From a bacterium (GTDB lineage: Bacteria > Arandabacterota > Arandabacteria > Arandabacterales > JALGWA01), in contig JASFEA010000002.1 in NCBI GenBank assembly GCA_050125095.1, positions 69 to 64,068 of the forward strand: a DNA stretch of 64,000 bases, given 5' to 3'. Each line of letters starts with the position of its first letter. Position 1 is the stretch's first letter. The position numbers and the translations under genes are program-made. Positions 11,628-21,681 of the stretch are shown here, in pieces. The notes below the pieces were generated by a model. It was given only the letters and a program-made list of their open reading frames with translations. It searched no databases and was not told where the DNA came from.

Positions 11628-12602
11628 TTAGGAAAAATCAATCTCGGAGGAATCTCCCACGTTCAGCTTCTTAAAGAGCCCCCTCACCACCGCATTGTCG
11701 CCTATGAGCGACGAATCCAGCAGCGCGTCCTCCACGAGCGCGCCGCTTCCCAGTATTGAATTCCTGATTATGGACTTCCTGACCACAGTCCTGTCGGATA
11801 TGGACACATAGGGCCCTATCACGGACGATTCGATCTCTACGTCATCCCCGATGTTCACCGGGTCTATTATGATGCTGCCGGGCACGCTGACCCTGGAGCC
11901 CGCCATCTCGAGAAGGTCACGGTTCGTCTCGAGCAGGGTCTCGGGCTTGCCGCAGTCATACCAGCCTTCTATCTCAAATGCCTTCAGGTCAACGCCCCTC
12001 CTGATCATGAGATTCAGAGCGTCGGTGAGCTGGTACTCACCCCGGGTCTTGAGATCATCCGAGATGATGGTCTCGAGCGCGTCATAGAGCTTCGCCCCGT
12101 CCTGTATGCAGTAAATGCCGACGATGGCGAGATTCGACCGCGGCTCGGCGGGCTTCTCCACCAGGTTCACGATGCTGCCGCCGTCCACCTCCACCACGCC
12201 GAAGCGCTCCGGGTCCGGCACTTCCTTGACTCCCAGGTAGTTGCCGCCCGCCCCGACTATGCGCGCGAAGTCGCCCTTGAATATGGTGTCGCCCAGCATC
12301 ACCAGCACAGGCTCCGCTCCGACAATGTCCTTCGTGAGGTAGATGGCATGGCCGAGCCCCAGCCTCTCCCCCTGCTCCACGAAAGACACCTTCAGATCGT
12401 AGTTCGCCTCCACGTAATCGACTATATGCCTGCCCCTGTAACCGACGATGAGCACCACTTCGCTTATGCCGAGATGTACGACGTCATCAAGTATGTGGCC
12501 GAGTATGGCTTTTCCCGCGACTTTCAGCAGCGGTTTGGGAACGGTGTGGGTGTGGGGCCTTAATCTCGTGCCCTCGCCCGCAACCGGTATGACAGCTTTC
12601 AT
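11628..12602 (-). CDS. sugar-phosphate nucleotidyltransferase (RmlA/GlmU-like) with C-terminal left-handed beta-helix
   Basis: N-terminus MKAVIPVAGEGTRLRPHTHTVPKPLL is the G-x-G-T-R-L nucleotidyltransferase signature. The C-terminal ~100 aa are hexapeptide-like repeats (IIIDPVNIGDDVEIESSVIGPYVSI…). Substrate is unknown. Confidence 0.7.
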   Translation of the reverse strand: MKAVIPVAGEGTRLRPHTHTVPKPLLKVAGKAILGHILDDVVHLGISEVVLIVGYRGRHIVDYVEANYDLKVSFVEQGERLGLGHAIYLTKDIVGAEPVLVMLGDTIFKGDFARIVGAGGNYLGVKEVPDPERFGVVEVDGGSIVNLVEKPAEPRSNLAIVGIYCIQDGAKLYDALETIISDDLKTRGEYQLTDALNLMIRRGVDLKAFEIEGWYDCGKPETLLETNRDLLEMAGSRVSVPGSIIIDPVNIGDDVEIESSVIGPYVSISDRTVVRKSIIRNSILGSGALVEDALLDSSLIGDNAVVRGLFKKLNVGDSSEIDFS

Positions 12603-12609
12603 AACCTGT

Positions 12610-13650
12610 CTAACTCCCCTTCAGACGGACCTTCAGCTTCTCGATTGTGCCGACCGGCGTGGGGTCGACTCCGCGGAGGATCGCAAGATAGAAACTTACA
12701 TAATCGCCGAGTACAATCAAGGAGAACATCTGCGAAAGCAGGCCCCTTCCCTCCCCCTCGTAGTCACCCAGAAGGGCGTCCTTCTTCCCCGCGAGTTCGG
12801 CGAGGAAGCGGAAACGCTTGGACATCTGAGCGTTGTCATCGGACCACCTCAGGAGGATCACGCCCGGCTCCATGCTGTCGTCATCAACTTCCCAGCCCAT
12901 AATCTCGTTATGGTTCATTTCCGGCAGGACGTTGGCGAAGGCCAGCTTCTTCGAGTTCTCCGCCAGCTGGCCCTTCCACCTTATTCCCACCGTATCAAGC
13001 CTGTTGGAGGTATAGATGAGAGGGACGCGGCCCGCGAGCTTCTCCGCCAGCAGGACGGCCTCATTGTCACCGCCGCCCGCCGAGTAGACGCCGATAAGGC
13101 GCTCCAGGACCTCTATACACTCCTCGTACTCGTCAGGGTCATGCTCTGAGAATCCGACGGCCGAGGCCAGCGCAAGGAGCGGGGCGAAAGAGTAACCCAG
13201 CGCCCCCCTGGGCGGAAGCCCCGGCGGAATCACGGCATGAGGCAACTTAAGGCCCCTGGCTCTTTCCAGCACCGCGCCGTCCGTGCTGATGCACACCATT
13301 CGGGCGCCCCTTGCCACTGCGTCCTCCAGGCATGACACCGCCTCCTCAGTGTTGCCCGAATAGGAGGAGACGACGACCAGTGTGTTTGAACCCACGAAGG
13401 CCGGCAGGCCGTAGTCGCGGCAAACGAATACCGGGCGCTTCCCCCTGCCGACAAGATACGCGCGCAGCACGTCCGCCCCGATGGCCGAGCCCCCCATGCC
13501 GGCGACCACTATCTCCCCGGGCGAGACGTCCCCCAACCCTTCCCATGCCTTACGGCCGATCTCCAGGCCCTCCCTGAGCTGGGCGGGCAGGGAAGCTATC
13601 GTACCCAACATGTCCGACTTGTCGAGGCGACTTATTTCATTCTCGAGCAT
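12610..13650 (-). CDS. bifunctional phosphoglucose/phosphomannose isomerase (SIS-domain, PGI/PMI family)
   Basis: 346 aa with an SIS-type fold (…VVAGMGGSAIGADVL…VVVSSYSGNTEE…) and the C-terminal PGI/PMI region. It is adjacent to the nucleotidyltransferase, suggesting activated mannose/glucose synthesis. Confidence 0.65.
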   Translation of the reverse strand: MLENEISRLDKSDMLGTIASLPAQLREGLEIGRKAWEGLGDVSPGEIVVAGMGGSAIGADVLRAYLVGRGKRPVFVCRDYGLPAFVGSNTLVVVSSYSGNTEEAVSCLEDAVARGARMVCISTDGAVLERARGLKLPHAVIPPGLPPRGALGYSFAPLLALASAVGFSEHDPDEYEECIEVLERLIGVYSAGGGDNEAVLLAEKLAGRVPLIYTSNRLDTVGIRWKGQLAENSKKLAFANVLPEMNHNEIMGWEVDDDSMEPGVILLRWSDDNAQMSKRFRFLAELAGKKDALLGDYEGEGRGLLSQMFSLIVLGDYVSFYLAILRGVDPTPVGTIEKLKVRLKGS

Positions 13651-13683
13651 AATTGAACCTCTCAGGCGCCGACGGGAGCCGCG

Positions 13684-15444
13684 TTAGAGCAGGAGTTCGG
13701 GAAGGTCTCTCTCCATCTTCTCCAGGACCGCCTGCTCGACCTCCGAGGCCGTGCTCAGCGTCAGCGCATGCCGGGCGATCTTCTCCGCTTCCGCGAAGTA
13801 GATGGAACGCACCTTCTCCTTGATCTCGGGAACCACGTAGGGACTGGTGCTCAGCTCGTCGATGCCCAGCCCGATCAGCACGTACGCGCAGACGACGTCG
13901 CTGGACATCTCGCCGCAGAGCCCGACCCAGATTCCCGATTCCCTGCCGACTTTTATCGTCTCGTCTATGAACCTCAGCACAGCCGGGTGAAGCGGCTGGT
14001 AGAGGTATGCGACCTTCTCATTGCCCCGGTCGGCCGCAAGCGCGTACTGGATAAGATCATTCGAGCCGATGCTGAAGAAGCTGACATGCCTGGCGAGATC
14101 GCGCGCGATCATCACCGCCGCGGGCGTTTCCACCATTATCCCGACCTCGCACTGGTTGTCGAATTCATGCCCCTCCCGCCTTAGCTCGGCCTTGGCCTCC
14201 TCAAGGACCTGGTTGGCGTCCACGAGCTCGTCCAGGCCGGATATCATGGGATACATGACCTTGACGTCGCCGAAAGGCGTGGCCCTGAGTATGGCCCTGA
14301 GCTGCGTCTTGAATATGTCCTTCCTCGCCAGGCAGAACCTTATTCCGCGCCAGCCCAGGTAGGGATTTATCTCCTTCGGGCTCTCAAAAGCCGACAGGAA
14401 CTTGTCCCCGCCCAGGTCCATGGTGCGGATGATGACGGGCATCGGCGCCAGCCTCGACGCCACGTCCTTATAAATGAGGAACTGCTCGTCCTCGGTTGGA
14501 AGGCCCTCCCGCCCTATGTATATGAACTCCGTCCTGTAAAGACCTATACCTTCGGCGCCGTGCTCCAGGACCGACTCCACTTCGTCGTGCAGCTCAATGT
14601 TGGCGGACAGCGTCACCGTGTGCCCGTCTATGGTGGTCGCCGGAAGGTCCTTGTATCTCAGGAGCCCCCGCGTAAAGCGCTTATAGCGCTCGATCTCCTC
14701 GGCGTACCTGGCCATGGTCTCGGCGCCGGGAGATACGATAAGCCGGCCGCGGTTGCCGTCCAGGATGACGAAGTCGCCGTCGGTCGTCTTGGTGGTGACA
14801 TCGTTGAGACCAACCACCGCCGGTATCTCCAGCGACCTCGCCATGATGGCGGTATGCGAGGTCCGCCCGCCGATGTCGGTTGCGAACCCCAGCACCTTCT
14901 CGCGGCGCATCTGCGCTGTGTCCGCGGGCGAGAGATCATGGGCGATCACGATCGCCTGCTCGTCTATCTTGGAGAGGTCGCCCCGCGCCGGCCGCGCCCC
15001 CAGCAGATTGGACAGCACCCTACGCCTCACGTCCCGGATATCACCGGCCCTGTCCTTGATATAGGTGTCGCCCTTCTCCCACAGCAGCCTCTCGTGCTTG
15101 GAAAAGACGGCGTTGAAGGCGAATTCGGCGTTGTAGCCGCCGTCTATTTTCTCCATCACCTGGTCCAGCGAGCCCTTGTCTTCGAGGATCATCACGTGGG
15201 CATCGAAGATCTTGGAATAGGACTCGCCCATATCCCTGGCCACCTTGTCCCGGGTCTCCATGAGCTGCTCCCGGGCGCGGCTCATGGCCTCCTCGAGGCG
15301 CTTCTTCTCTTGCGCGGCCTCGCCGGTATCTAGATGCCTGAACGGGACATTGATGTCGCGGCGCGTCACCACCATAACCCGGCCCATTGCTATGCCGGGC
15401 GAGGCTGCGATCCCGTTTACCACGACTTCCGGCTTATCCGTCAA
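13684..15444 (-). CDS. ptsI: phosphoenolpyruvate-protein phosphotransferase (PTS Enzyme I)
   Basis: 586 aa. N-terminus VNGIAASPGIAMGRVMV, the phospho-His region, and the PEP-utilizing C-terminal domain (GLYRTEFIYI, CGEM). Its size fits classical EI rather than GAF-containing EI-Ntr. Confidence 0.9.
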   Translation of the reverse strand: MTDKPEVVVNGIAASPGIAMGRVMVVTRRDINVPFRHLDTGEAAQEKKRLEEAMSRAREQLMETRDKVARDMGESYSKIFDAHVMILEDKGSLDQVMEKIDGGYNAEFAFNAVFSKHERLLWEKGDTYIKDRAGDIRDVRRRVLSNLLGARPARGDLSKIDEQAIVIAHDLSPADTAQMRREKVLGFATDIGGRTSHTAIMARSLEIPAVVGLNDVTTKTTDGDFVILDGNRGRLIVSPGAETMARYAEEIERYKRFTRGLLRYKDLPATTIDGHTVTLSANIELHDEVESVLEHGAEGIGLYRTEFIYIGREGLPTEDEQFLIYKDVASRLAPMPVIIRTMDLGGDKFLSAFESPKEINPYLGWRGIRFCLARKDIFKTQLRAILRATPFGDVKVMYPMISGLDELVDANQVLEEAKAELRREGHEFDNQCEVGIMVETPAAVMIARDLARHVSFFSIGSNDLIQYALAADRGNEKVAYLYQPLHPAVLRFIDETIKVGRESGIWVGLCGEMSSDVVCAYVLIGLGIDELSTSPYVVPEIKEKVRSIYFAEAEKIARHALTLSTASEVEQAVLEKMERDLPELLL

Positions 15445-15449
15445 AGCCC

Positions 15450-15719
15450 TTATGCCTCCTCATTGAACTTGGCGTTGAAGAGCGCCACCACAGCCCTCAC
15501 CGCGTCCTCTTCATCCGCCCCGTCCGCTTTAACAGTGACTTCCGACCCCATGGAGGCCGCCAGCGTTATTATCCCCATGATGCTCTTGGCGTCGGCCTGC
15601 ACCCCGTCCTTCAAGAGCCAGACATTGCATTTGAAGCCGGATGCGGCCTTAACCACCTCGGCCGCCGCGCTGAGATGAAGACCCTTTACATTTGACACTA
15701 GGACTTTTTGCTGAACCAT
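15450..15719 (-). CDS. ptsH: phosphocarrier protein HPr
   Basis: 89 aa with the HPr fold signature (NVKGLHLSAAAEVVKAAS…GIITLAASMGSEVTV…). Confidence 0.85.
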   Translation of the reverse strand: MVQQKVLVSNVKGLHLSAAAEVVKAASGFKCNVWLLKDGVQADAKSIMGIITLAASMGSEVTVKADGADEEDAVRAVVALFNAKFNEEA

Positions 15720-15775
15720 GGTTATTCAAAGGTATTGCACCCGGCGGCGGTAGTCAAGCAGGGTGTTGAGGCCCC

Positions 15776-16741
15776 TTACTCCATGTCCCTGTATTCGAAG
15801 CCGCGCTTGCCGTCCCTCTTCATGCGGTCTATGAGGTTCTGGTTGAGGACCTGCGCCGCGTTGTAACCGTAGGCCTTGAGGATGTGGTTCAGGGCGACGA
15901 CCTCGACTATTACCCCGATGTTCTTGCCGGCGACAAGCGGCACGGACAGGGCGGGTACCCGCACGCCCAGGATCTCGGTTTCGCGCTCTTCGAGACCGGT
16001 CCTGTCCGCGTGTACCCCTTGCTCCCAGTCGGTGAGCTCCACATTGACCTCTATGCGCTTCTGTCTCCTCAGGGCCCGTATGCCGAAAATGCTCCCTATA
16101 TCTATGGGGCCCACGCCCCTCACCTCAACGAAGTTCTGCAGGGGTTCGGCGCTTCTCGCTATCAGAATGCCGGGCGGCATGGCTACCACCCGGATGAGGT
16201 CGTCGGCGACCAGCCTGTGTCCCCGCTCGACAAGGTCGAGCGCGCACTCGCTCTTGCCTATGCCGCTCCTCCCGGTCAGCAATATCCCCACGCCGTAGAC
16301 GTCGACCATGGTGCCGTGCATCGCCGTTTCGGGGGCCAGCTTTCCCAGCAGGTAGGAGTAGAGGCACTGGACGGTCTCCGTGGCCGAGAGCGGGGTCGAG
16401 AGCAGCGGGGCGCGCCCCCGCGTGGCTCTCTCGACGAGCGGATCCGGCAACCGGCGGCCGTCGGTTATCATCACGCACGGCACCTGCTCTCCCAGCAGCC
16501 TCTCGAGCGCCTGCAGCCTCTCGGCGTCGTCGAGGCGCTCCAGGTAGAGCACTTCCGTCTCACCGAATACCTGTATGCGCTCCGACGGGAATCCCTCACC
16601 GAAGCCCGCGAGCATAAGCCCCGGCCTGCCGATGTCGGGGCTCGAGATGGTTATGCCGAGGCTCACCGACTCGTTCACACGGGTAAGCTTGAGCCTGTCC
16701 TTGAGGTCGCCGTAAAGCCGCGACAGCAGCACCTGTTTCAT
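15776..16741 (-). CDS. hprK: HPr kinase/phosphorylase
   Basis: 321 aa. Walker A loop LLTGRSGIGKSECALDLVERGHRLVADD and the HprK C-terminal domain. It overlaps hpf by 4 nt. Confidence 0.88.
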   Translation of the reverse strand: MKQVLLSRLYGDLKDRLKLTRVNESVSLGITISSPDIGRPGLMLAGFGEGFPSERIQVFGETEVLYLERLDDAERLQALERLLGEQVPCVMITDGRRLPDPLVERATRGRAPLLSTPLSATETVQCLYSYLLGKLAPETAMHGTMVDVYGVGILLTGRSGIGKSECALDLVERGHRLVADDLIRVVAMPPGILIARSAEPLQNFVEVRGVGPIDIGSIFGIRALRRQKRIEVNVELTDWEQGVHADRTGLEERETEILGVRVPALSVPLVAGKNIGVIVEVVALNHILKAYGYNAAQVLNQNLIDRMKRDGKRGFEYRDME

Positions 16742-17115
16742 TTCGTGGGCTCTTCGTACTCCTCGACCATTTCGTCGAGATCTTCGTCCCCGGAATCCTC
16801 CACTACCTGGACTTCGGGCTTCCGGCCTTTCCGTTTTCTCACTTTGTCCTTGTGCTTCCGCACCTGCCGTTCCATCTTGCCTGCCGCCGCGTCAAAAGCG
16901 GCGAAGAGGTCCTCGGCGCGGGCTTCGGCGAAGAGGTCGAAGCCGTTGCCGTGCAGCGTGATTTCGAAGTCATATATGAAGCGCTCGACTTTGAGTATGA
17001 CATGGCATTCAATTAACTTGTCGAAGTACCGCGTGAGCTTGTTGAGTCTCTCTTCGACGTACTCCCTGACATTATCGGTTATCTCAAATGACTTCGAGGT
17101 GATTTCTATGCGCAT
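16738..17115 (-). CDS. hpf: ribosome hibernation promoting factor / sigma-54 modulation protein (RaiA/HPF)
   Basis: MRIEITSKSFEITDNVREYVEERLNKLTRYFDKLIECHVILKVE… matches the HPF/YfiA family N-terminal domain. It sits downstream of rpoN as in many proteobacteria. Confidence 0.88.
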   Translation of the reverse strand: MRIEITSKSFEITDNVREYVEERLNKLTRYFDKLIECHVILKVERFIYDFEITLHGNGFDLFAEARAEDLFAAFDAAAGKMERQVRKHKDKVRKRKGRKPEVQVVEDSGDEDLDEMVEEYEEPTK

Positions 17116-17981
17116 CGCTGCCTCCTCAGATTCGCATCTATATAGGCCTCGCCTGCGAGGTAAGAACTCCTGACCCTCGGACCGGCCACGGCGACCAGCC
17201 CGAGTCCCTCCCCATGGCGTCTGAGCTCCTCAAACTCATCCGGGGCGTAGTACCTGTCCACGGGATGGTGTTTTCTGGAGGGCCGCATGTATTGCCCTAT
17301 GGTCACTATATTGCATCCGGCGTCCCTCAGGTCCCCCAGCGTGCTTCTCACCTCCTCGACGGTCTCGCCAAGGCCCACCATGAGCCCCGACTTCACCATC
17401 ACGTCCGGGAACCCGCTTGCCACCACATGCAGTATTTCCAGAGAACGACTATAGTCCGCCCCGTCCCGGATATAGGGAAAGAGCCTCTCAACCGTTTCGA
17501 TATTGTGAGCGAAGACCTCCGCTCCCGATGCGGCGACCGTCTCGACCGGTCCGCGCGCCCCCCTGAAGTCGGGAACAAGCGTCTCCACAACGGGCGCTCC
17601 GTCCAGCTCCTTTATCGCCCTGACGCAATCCGCGAAATGGGCTGCCCCGCCGTCCGCCAGGTCGTCTCTCGTCACCGAGGTCAGCACGACGTATTTCATC
17701 CCGAGCGCGGCGCAGGCCTCCTTGAGACGAAGCGGCTCCGACGGGTTCAACTCGTCGGGGGGCTCGCTCGAGACGTTACAGAACCTGCAGCGCCTGGTGC
17801 AGTTCTTTCCGAGAAGAAGAAAACTCACCGAGCCCACGCTGAAGCAATGCTCCTTGTTGGGGCATCTCGCCTCGAAGCAGATGGCGTGGAGCCCGGCGGC
17901 CGTCACGCTGCGGTGTATGGGCGCAAGCGCCGTCAGGTCCGGCAGTTTGGTCTTGAGCCAATCGGGAATACGCCCTGCCAA
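17106..17981 (-). CDS. lipA: lipoyl synthase
   Basis: Radical-SAM motif CTRRCRFCNV plus the N-terminal auxiliary-cluster cysteines (CPNKEHC); 291 aa. Confidence 0.88.
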   Translation of the reverse strand: MAGRIPDWLKTKLPDLTALAPIHRSVTAAGLHAICFEARCPNKEHCFSVGSVSFLLLGKNCTRRCRFCNVSSEPPDELNPSEPLRLKEACAALGMKYVVLTSVTRDDLADGGAAHFADCVRAIKELDGAPVVETLVPDFRGARGPVETVAASGAEVFAHNIETVERLFPYIRDGADYSRSLEILHVVASGFPDVMVKSGLMVGLGETVEEVRSTLGDLRDAGCNIVTIGQYMRPSRKHHPVDRYYAPDEFEELRRHGEGLGLVAVAGPRVRSSYLAGEAYIDANLRRQRCA

Positions 17982-18001
17982 TTCCCCTCCCGAATCTGCT
18001 A

Positions 18002-19414
18002 TCAGTATTCCTTCCGCATCCTGGCTCTCAAGATGCCGAGCTGGTCGCGGTACTTGGCGACGGTGCGGCGGGCCACGCTGAAACCGTCCTCCTTGAGCCT
18101 GGCCGCGATGTCCTGGTCGCTGAGCGGTTTCTTTCTGTCTTCGGTCTCGACCATTTCCTGGATTCTCGCCTTGATTCTCTTCGAAGAGGCGTCCTCGCCG
18201 TTGTCGGTCTTGAGTCCGGGCGAGAAGAAGTACTTGAGTTCATAAACCCCGCGCGGCGTCTGGACATATTTGCCGTTGGTGACTCTGCTGACGGTCGACT
18301 CGTGCATCTCCACGACGTTGGCGATCTGCTGAAGAGTGAGGGGCTTTATGTGCTCGACTCCCTTGTCGAAGAAACTCCTCTGGGCGTCGAGGATGGCCTC
18401 CATCACCCTGACCATGGTCCGCCTTCTCTGGTCTATTGTCTTTATTAGCCAGCGGGCCGAGTCCAGCTTCTTCTTGACGTAGTCTTCTTCTGTCTTGTTC
18501 TTCTTCCTGGCCCCCGAGAGGATGTCCCTGTAAGCGCGCGAAACGCGGAGGCGCGGTATATTCCTGTCATTGAGCTGCACAACATAGCCGTCTTCAACCT
18601 TGTCGACGATGAGATCCGGCACTATGTACCTGGGCTCTTCCGCCGAATACCTGGCGCCTGGCCGGGGATCCAGGCCTGCCACCACGTCCGCCGCCACCTG
18701 TATTTCCTTCACCGTCTTCTTGAGACTCCGCGCGATCTCGCGGTACCGCTTCTCCAGAAGGTCGTCCAGGTGTTCGCGCACCAGCCGGGCCGCCAGGCTA
18801 TCCGAGAGCCCCTGCTGGTCGAGCTGTATGAGCAGCGACTCCCTGAGGTCCGAGGCGCCCACGCCGGGCGGGTCGAAGGTCTTGATCACGGCGAGCACGT
18901 CTTCGACCTGTTTGAGGTCGGCGCTCGTGAAACCCACTATCTCCTCGGGCGAGCATGTGAGGAATCCGTTGCTGTCCAGGCTGCCGATTATGAACTCGCC
19001 GACCTTCAGCTCCTCAGGTGAAGCCACGGACATCCTGAGCTGGCCGATCAGGTGATCTTCGAGGCTGGAGCGGACCACAGGCACGCGCTCGTAGAAGTCA
19101 TCCGACTCCTCGCGCTCGCCGATCTCCTGTCCCCCCATCTCGAAACCGTCCCTGAGGTACCTGTCCCAGTCGATCTCGTCTTCCCCGGCCTTGAATTCGC
19201 CTTCGTCCTCGGCCGACCGGGCCTCGACCTCCTGCGCCTCTTCATCTTCGGGCTCTTCGACGTCCTCGAGCATAGGGTTGTGCAGCAGCTCATGCTTGAG
19301 CTTCTGCTGAAGTTCGAGCGCCGGCATCTGCAGAAGCTTGATCGCCTGCTGGAGCTTGGGCGTCATCACCAGCCTCTGCTGGAGCTCCGGCCTCATCTCA
19401 TGTCTCATGTCCAT
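18002..19414 (-). CDS. rpoN: RNA polymerase sigma-54 factor
   Basis: 470 aa with an acidic region II, the C-terminal HTH, and the RpoN box ARRTVAKYR near the C-terminus. Confidence 0.92.
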   Translation of the reverse strand: MDMRHEMRPELQQRLVMTPKLQQAIKLLQMPALELQQKLKHELLHNPMLEDVEEPEDEEAQEVEARSAEDEGEFKAGEDEIDWDRYLRDGFEMGGQEIGEREESDDFYERVPVVRSSLEDHLIGQLRMSVASPEELKVGEFIIGSLDSNGFLTCSPEEIVGFTSADLKQVEDVLAVIKTFDPPGVGASDLRESLLIQLDQQGLSDSLAARLVREHLDDLLEKRYREIARSLKKTVKEIQVAADVVAGLDPRPGARYSAEEPRYIVPDLIVDKVEDGYVVQLNDRNIPRLRVSRAYRDILSGARKKNKTEEDYVKKKLDSARWLIKTIDQRRRTMVRVMEAILDAQRSFFDKGVEHIKPLTLQQIANVVEMHESTVSRVTNGKYVQTPRGVYELKYFFSPGLKTDNGEDASSKRIKARIQEMVETEDRKKPLSDQDIAARLKEDGFSVARRTVAKYRDQLGILRARMRKEY

Positions 19415-19437
19415 TTGCTGCTACCCCCGGAACACGC

Positions 19438-20166
19438 CTAACGGAGCGAGAAACTCTCGCCCAGGTACACTTGCCTCGCAACGGCGTTGCTCGCGAGTTC
19501 GTCCGGCCTGCCCGCCACCAGTATCTTGCCGTCGGCCATGATGTACGACCTGTCGGTGATGGACAGAGTCTCTCTCACATTGTGGTCTGTTATAAGAAGG
19601 CCCAGGTCCCTGGTCCTCAGTTTTGTTATGATGGTCTGGATATCGCTCACGGCTATGGGATCTATGCCGGAGAACGGCTCATCAAGGAGCATGAAGCTCG
19701 GGTTGGTGACAAGGGCCCTGGCAATCTCCACCCTCCGCCGCTCCCCACCCGACAGCGTGTAGGCCATGGAGCGCCGCAGGTGTGAAACGCCCAGCTCGCC
19801 GAGCAGGCTCTCCAGTCTCTCCTCCTTTTCCTCTCTATCTATATCGAGCGTTTCGAGGATGGCCTTTACATTGTCTTCAACGTTTAATTTGCGGAAAACC
19901 GAGGGCTCCTGGCTCAGGTAGCCTATGCCCCTCCTGGCCCGCCGGTACATGGGAAGCTCGGTCACGTCCCTCTCGTCCAGCACAATCCGGCCGCCATCCG
20001 GCCTCACCAGCCCCATTATCATGTAAAACGTGGTTGTCTTGCCCGCCCCGTTCTGGCCGAGCAGCCCGACAATCTCACCTCTCTTGACATCGAGCGACAC
20101 GCCGTCAACCACCTTGCGGCCCCTGTAGTATTTGACCAGATTCTCGGTCCTCAGCCCGCTAATCAA
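19438..20166 (-). CDS. lptB: LPS export ABC transporter ATP-binding protein
   Basis: 242 aa with Walker A GQNGAGKTT, the ABC signature LSGGERRRVEIARAL and a Walker B. It sits immediately upstream of rpoN, as in the conserved lptCAB-rpoN arrangement. Confidence 0.85.
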   Translation of the reverse strand: MISGLRTENLVKYYRGRKVVDGVSLDVKRGEIVGLLGQNGAGKTTTFYMIMGLVRPDGGRIVLDERDVTELPMYRRARRGIGYLSQEPSVFRKLNVEDNVKAILETLDIDREEKEERLESLLGELGVSHLRRSMAYTLSGGERRRVEIARALVTNPSFMLLDEPFSGIDPIAVSDIQTIITKLRTRDLGLLITDHNVRETLSITDRSYIMADGKILVAGRPDELASNAVARQVYLGESFSLR

Positions 20167-20734
20167 CGGTCCCTCCCGGCTGCTCTTCTTCCTGGGCGCG
20201 AATGGTCGCCTTCATGTCCCTGAGGATCTCGAAAGACCCCAGGTCGGGCTCGCCCCTGAAACCGACGCCCGTAAGGACGTCGCCGCCCCTCACCACTCTG
20301 ACCGAATCGTCGGATACTATCCGGCGCGTCTTGCTTATCCAGTTAAGCGTCTCGGTATGAAGCGTCACGCCGGAGTTGCTCGTCACGGTCACGTGTCCCC
20401 TGGCTTCCATGTCGTCGGTTCCCCGGTTTATGACCCCCCTGTCGGCGACCAGGGTTGACTTGATCTCCCCCTCTTCGTCATAGAAGCCGACTTCCATGCC
20501 CTCGGTCTCTATGAGCCCCCTGCTATCGTAAATGTAAGCTCTCCTGGCCGACATATTCCACTCCTTCTTGCCGGACGCCGTCTCGGTAAGGCGGAAGTCC
20601 GTTATGACCTGGTCCGGGAGCGGCTTGTCCCGCTCGACAGCCCTGGCGCCGGGCTCTTCCCGGCCGCAGCCGCAGGCTATTAGAAGAGCGGCCAGCAGCG
20701 CTAACGATAGAGGTCTGGTTGAACCGATTTCCAT
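20159..20734 (-). CDS. LptC/LptA-family (OstA-N-like) periplasmic LPS transport protein, lipoprotein-like signal
   Basis: 191 aa. N-terminal hydrophobic segment with a Cys (LLIACGCG), then beta-rich sequence. It overlaps the lptB start by 8 nt. Its position between the KDO genes and lptB matches lptC/lptA of the E. coli kdsD-kdsC-lptC-lptA-lptB cluster. Whether it is LptC or LptA is unresolved. Confidence 0.4.
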   Translation of the reverse strand: MEIGSTRPLSLALLAALLIACGCGREEPGARAVERDKPLPDQVITDFRLTETASGKKEWNMSARRAYIYDSRGLIETEGMEVGFYDEEGEIKSTLVADRGVINRGTDDMEARGHVTVTSNSGVTLHTETLNWISKTRRIVSDDSVRVVRGGDVLTGVGFRGEPDLGSFEILRDMKATIRAQEEEQPGGTVD

Positions 20735-21597
20735 CTCTTATGCATCCATACCCACTGGTCGGGCTGTTTGCGTATGAACTCCTCCACGGCGTTCGAGCAC
20801 TTCCTGACGTCCTCGGGAAGCGTTCCGGGTTTCCCCACTATACAAAGGGGTTCCCTTATCTCAACATGGTACTTGCCGTCGTCCGTCATAAGCATGGCGG
20901 CGGGAAGTATGGCCGCGCCGGTCTTGGCCGAGAGCCTCACGGGCCCCACGGCCGTCTTGGCCGGCACGCCCATGAACTCGACCTCGACGCTCTGAACCGA
21001 GGTATCCTGGTCGATCAGTACCCCGAGCACCTCTCCGCGCTTGAGCGAACGCATGGCGCCCATGGTCCCCTTTCTCCTCTCCAGCACTCTCATCCCCGAG
21101 CCCTCGCGTATGACGTTTATGATATCGTTAAGCTTGTTGTCCCTCAACGTGGTCGCCACCACGTTGATCGGATAACCCATTAGAGCGAAATAGGCTCCCA
21201 TTAGTTCCCAGTTGCCGATATGGCCGGTCAGCGCTATGACCCCGTTGCCCCTCGCCAGGGCCCTCTCGAAATGGCTCTTGCCCGTCACCCTGACGATCTT
21301 CGATATGCTCTTCTCCGTCTGCACGGGGAGCCTCGCGACGTCGAAAGCGAACTTGCCCATGCTTGCGAAGGACGCGCGCGCTATCCGGTCAATCTCGGCG
21401 TCGGGCAGGTCGTTCTTGAAAACCAGCTTCAGATTGGTCCAGGCCACTCTTCTGGACCTGGGCAGGAGGTAATAAGCCAGCGCTCCCAGGCTTCCGAACA
21501 GCGCGATGCCCATGCCCCGGGGCATCACCTGAGCCATCAGCATGAGGAACTTTACGAAGACAAATGAAATGAAACGCCGTATTCTCTTAAACATCAT
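20701..21597 (-). CDS. lipid A biosynthesis (Kdo2-lipid IVA) acyltransferase, LpxL/HtrB family
   Basis: 298 aa. N-terminal TM, the H(x)4E acyltransferase motif (TGHIGNWELMG), and an LpxL-like overall layout. Confidence 0.65.
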   Translation of the reverse strand: MMFKRIRRFISFVFVKFLMLMAQVMPRGMGIALFGSLGALAYYLLPRSRRVAWTNLKLVFKNDLPDAEIDRIARASFASMGKFAFDVARLPVQTEKSISKIVRVTGKSHFERALARGNGVIALTGHIGNWELMGAYFALMGYPINVVATTLRDNKLNDIINVIREGSGMRVLERRKGTMGAMRSLKRGEVLGVLIDQDTSVQSVEVEFMGVPAKTAVGPVRLSAKTGAAILPAAMLMTDDGKYHVEIREPLCIVGKPGTLPEDVRKCSNAVEEFIRKQPDQWVWMHKRWKSVQPDLYR

Positions 21598-21681
21598 TAA
21601 CTTACATGACCTGCCTCATGCAGTTCCCGTTTCGATGTTAGGCGAACGAGCCCTTCATGTCAAGCAAATCGTATGCCAGAA

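Noticed and set aside
15884-17173. 429-aa plus-strand ORF antisense to hprK/hpf/lipA
   Set aside because: It crosses three well-supported minus-strand genes; the product is low-complexity.
20159-20734. Assigning the 191-aa protein specifically as LptA or LptC
   Set aside because: Both families share the OstA-N fold. A lipoprotein-like N-terminus is atypical for either. Only a synteny argument is available.
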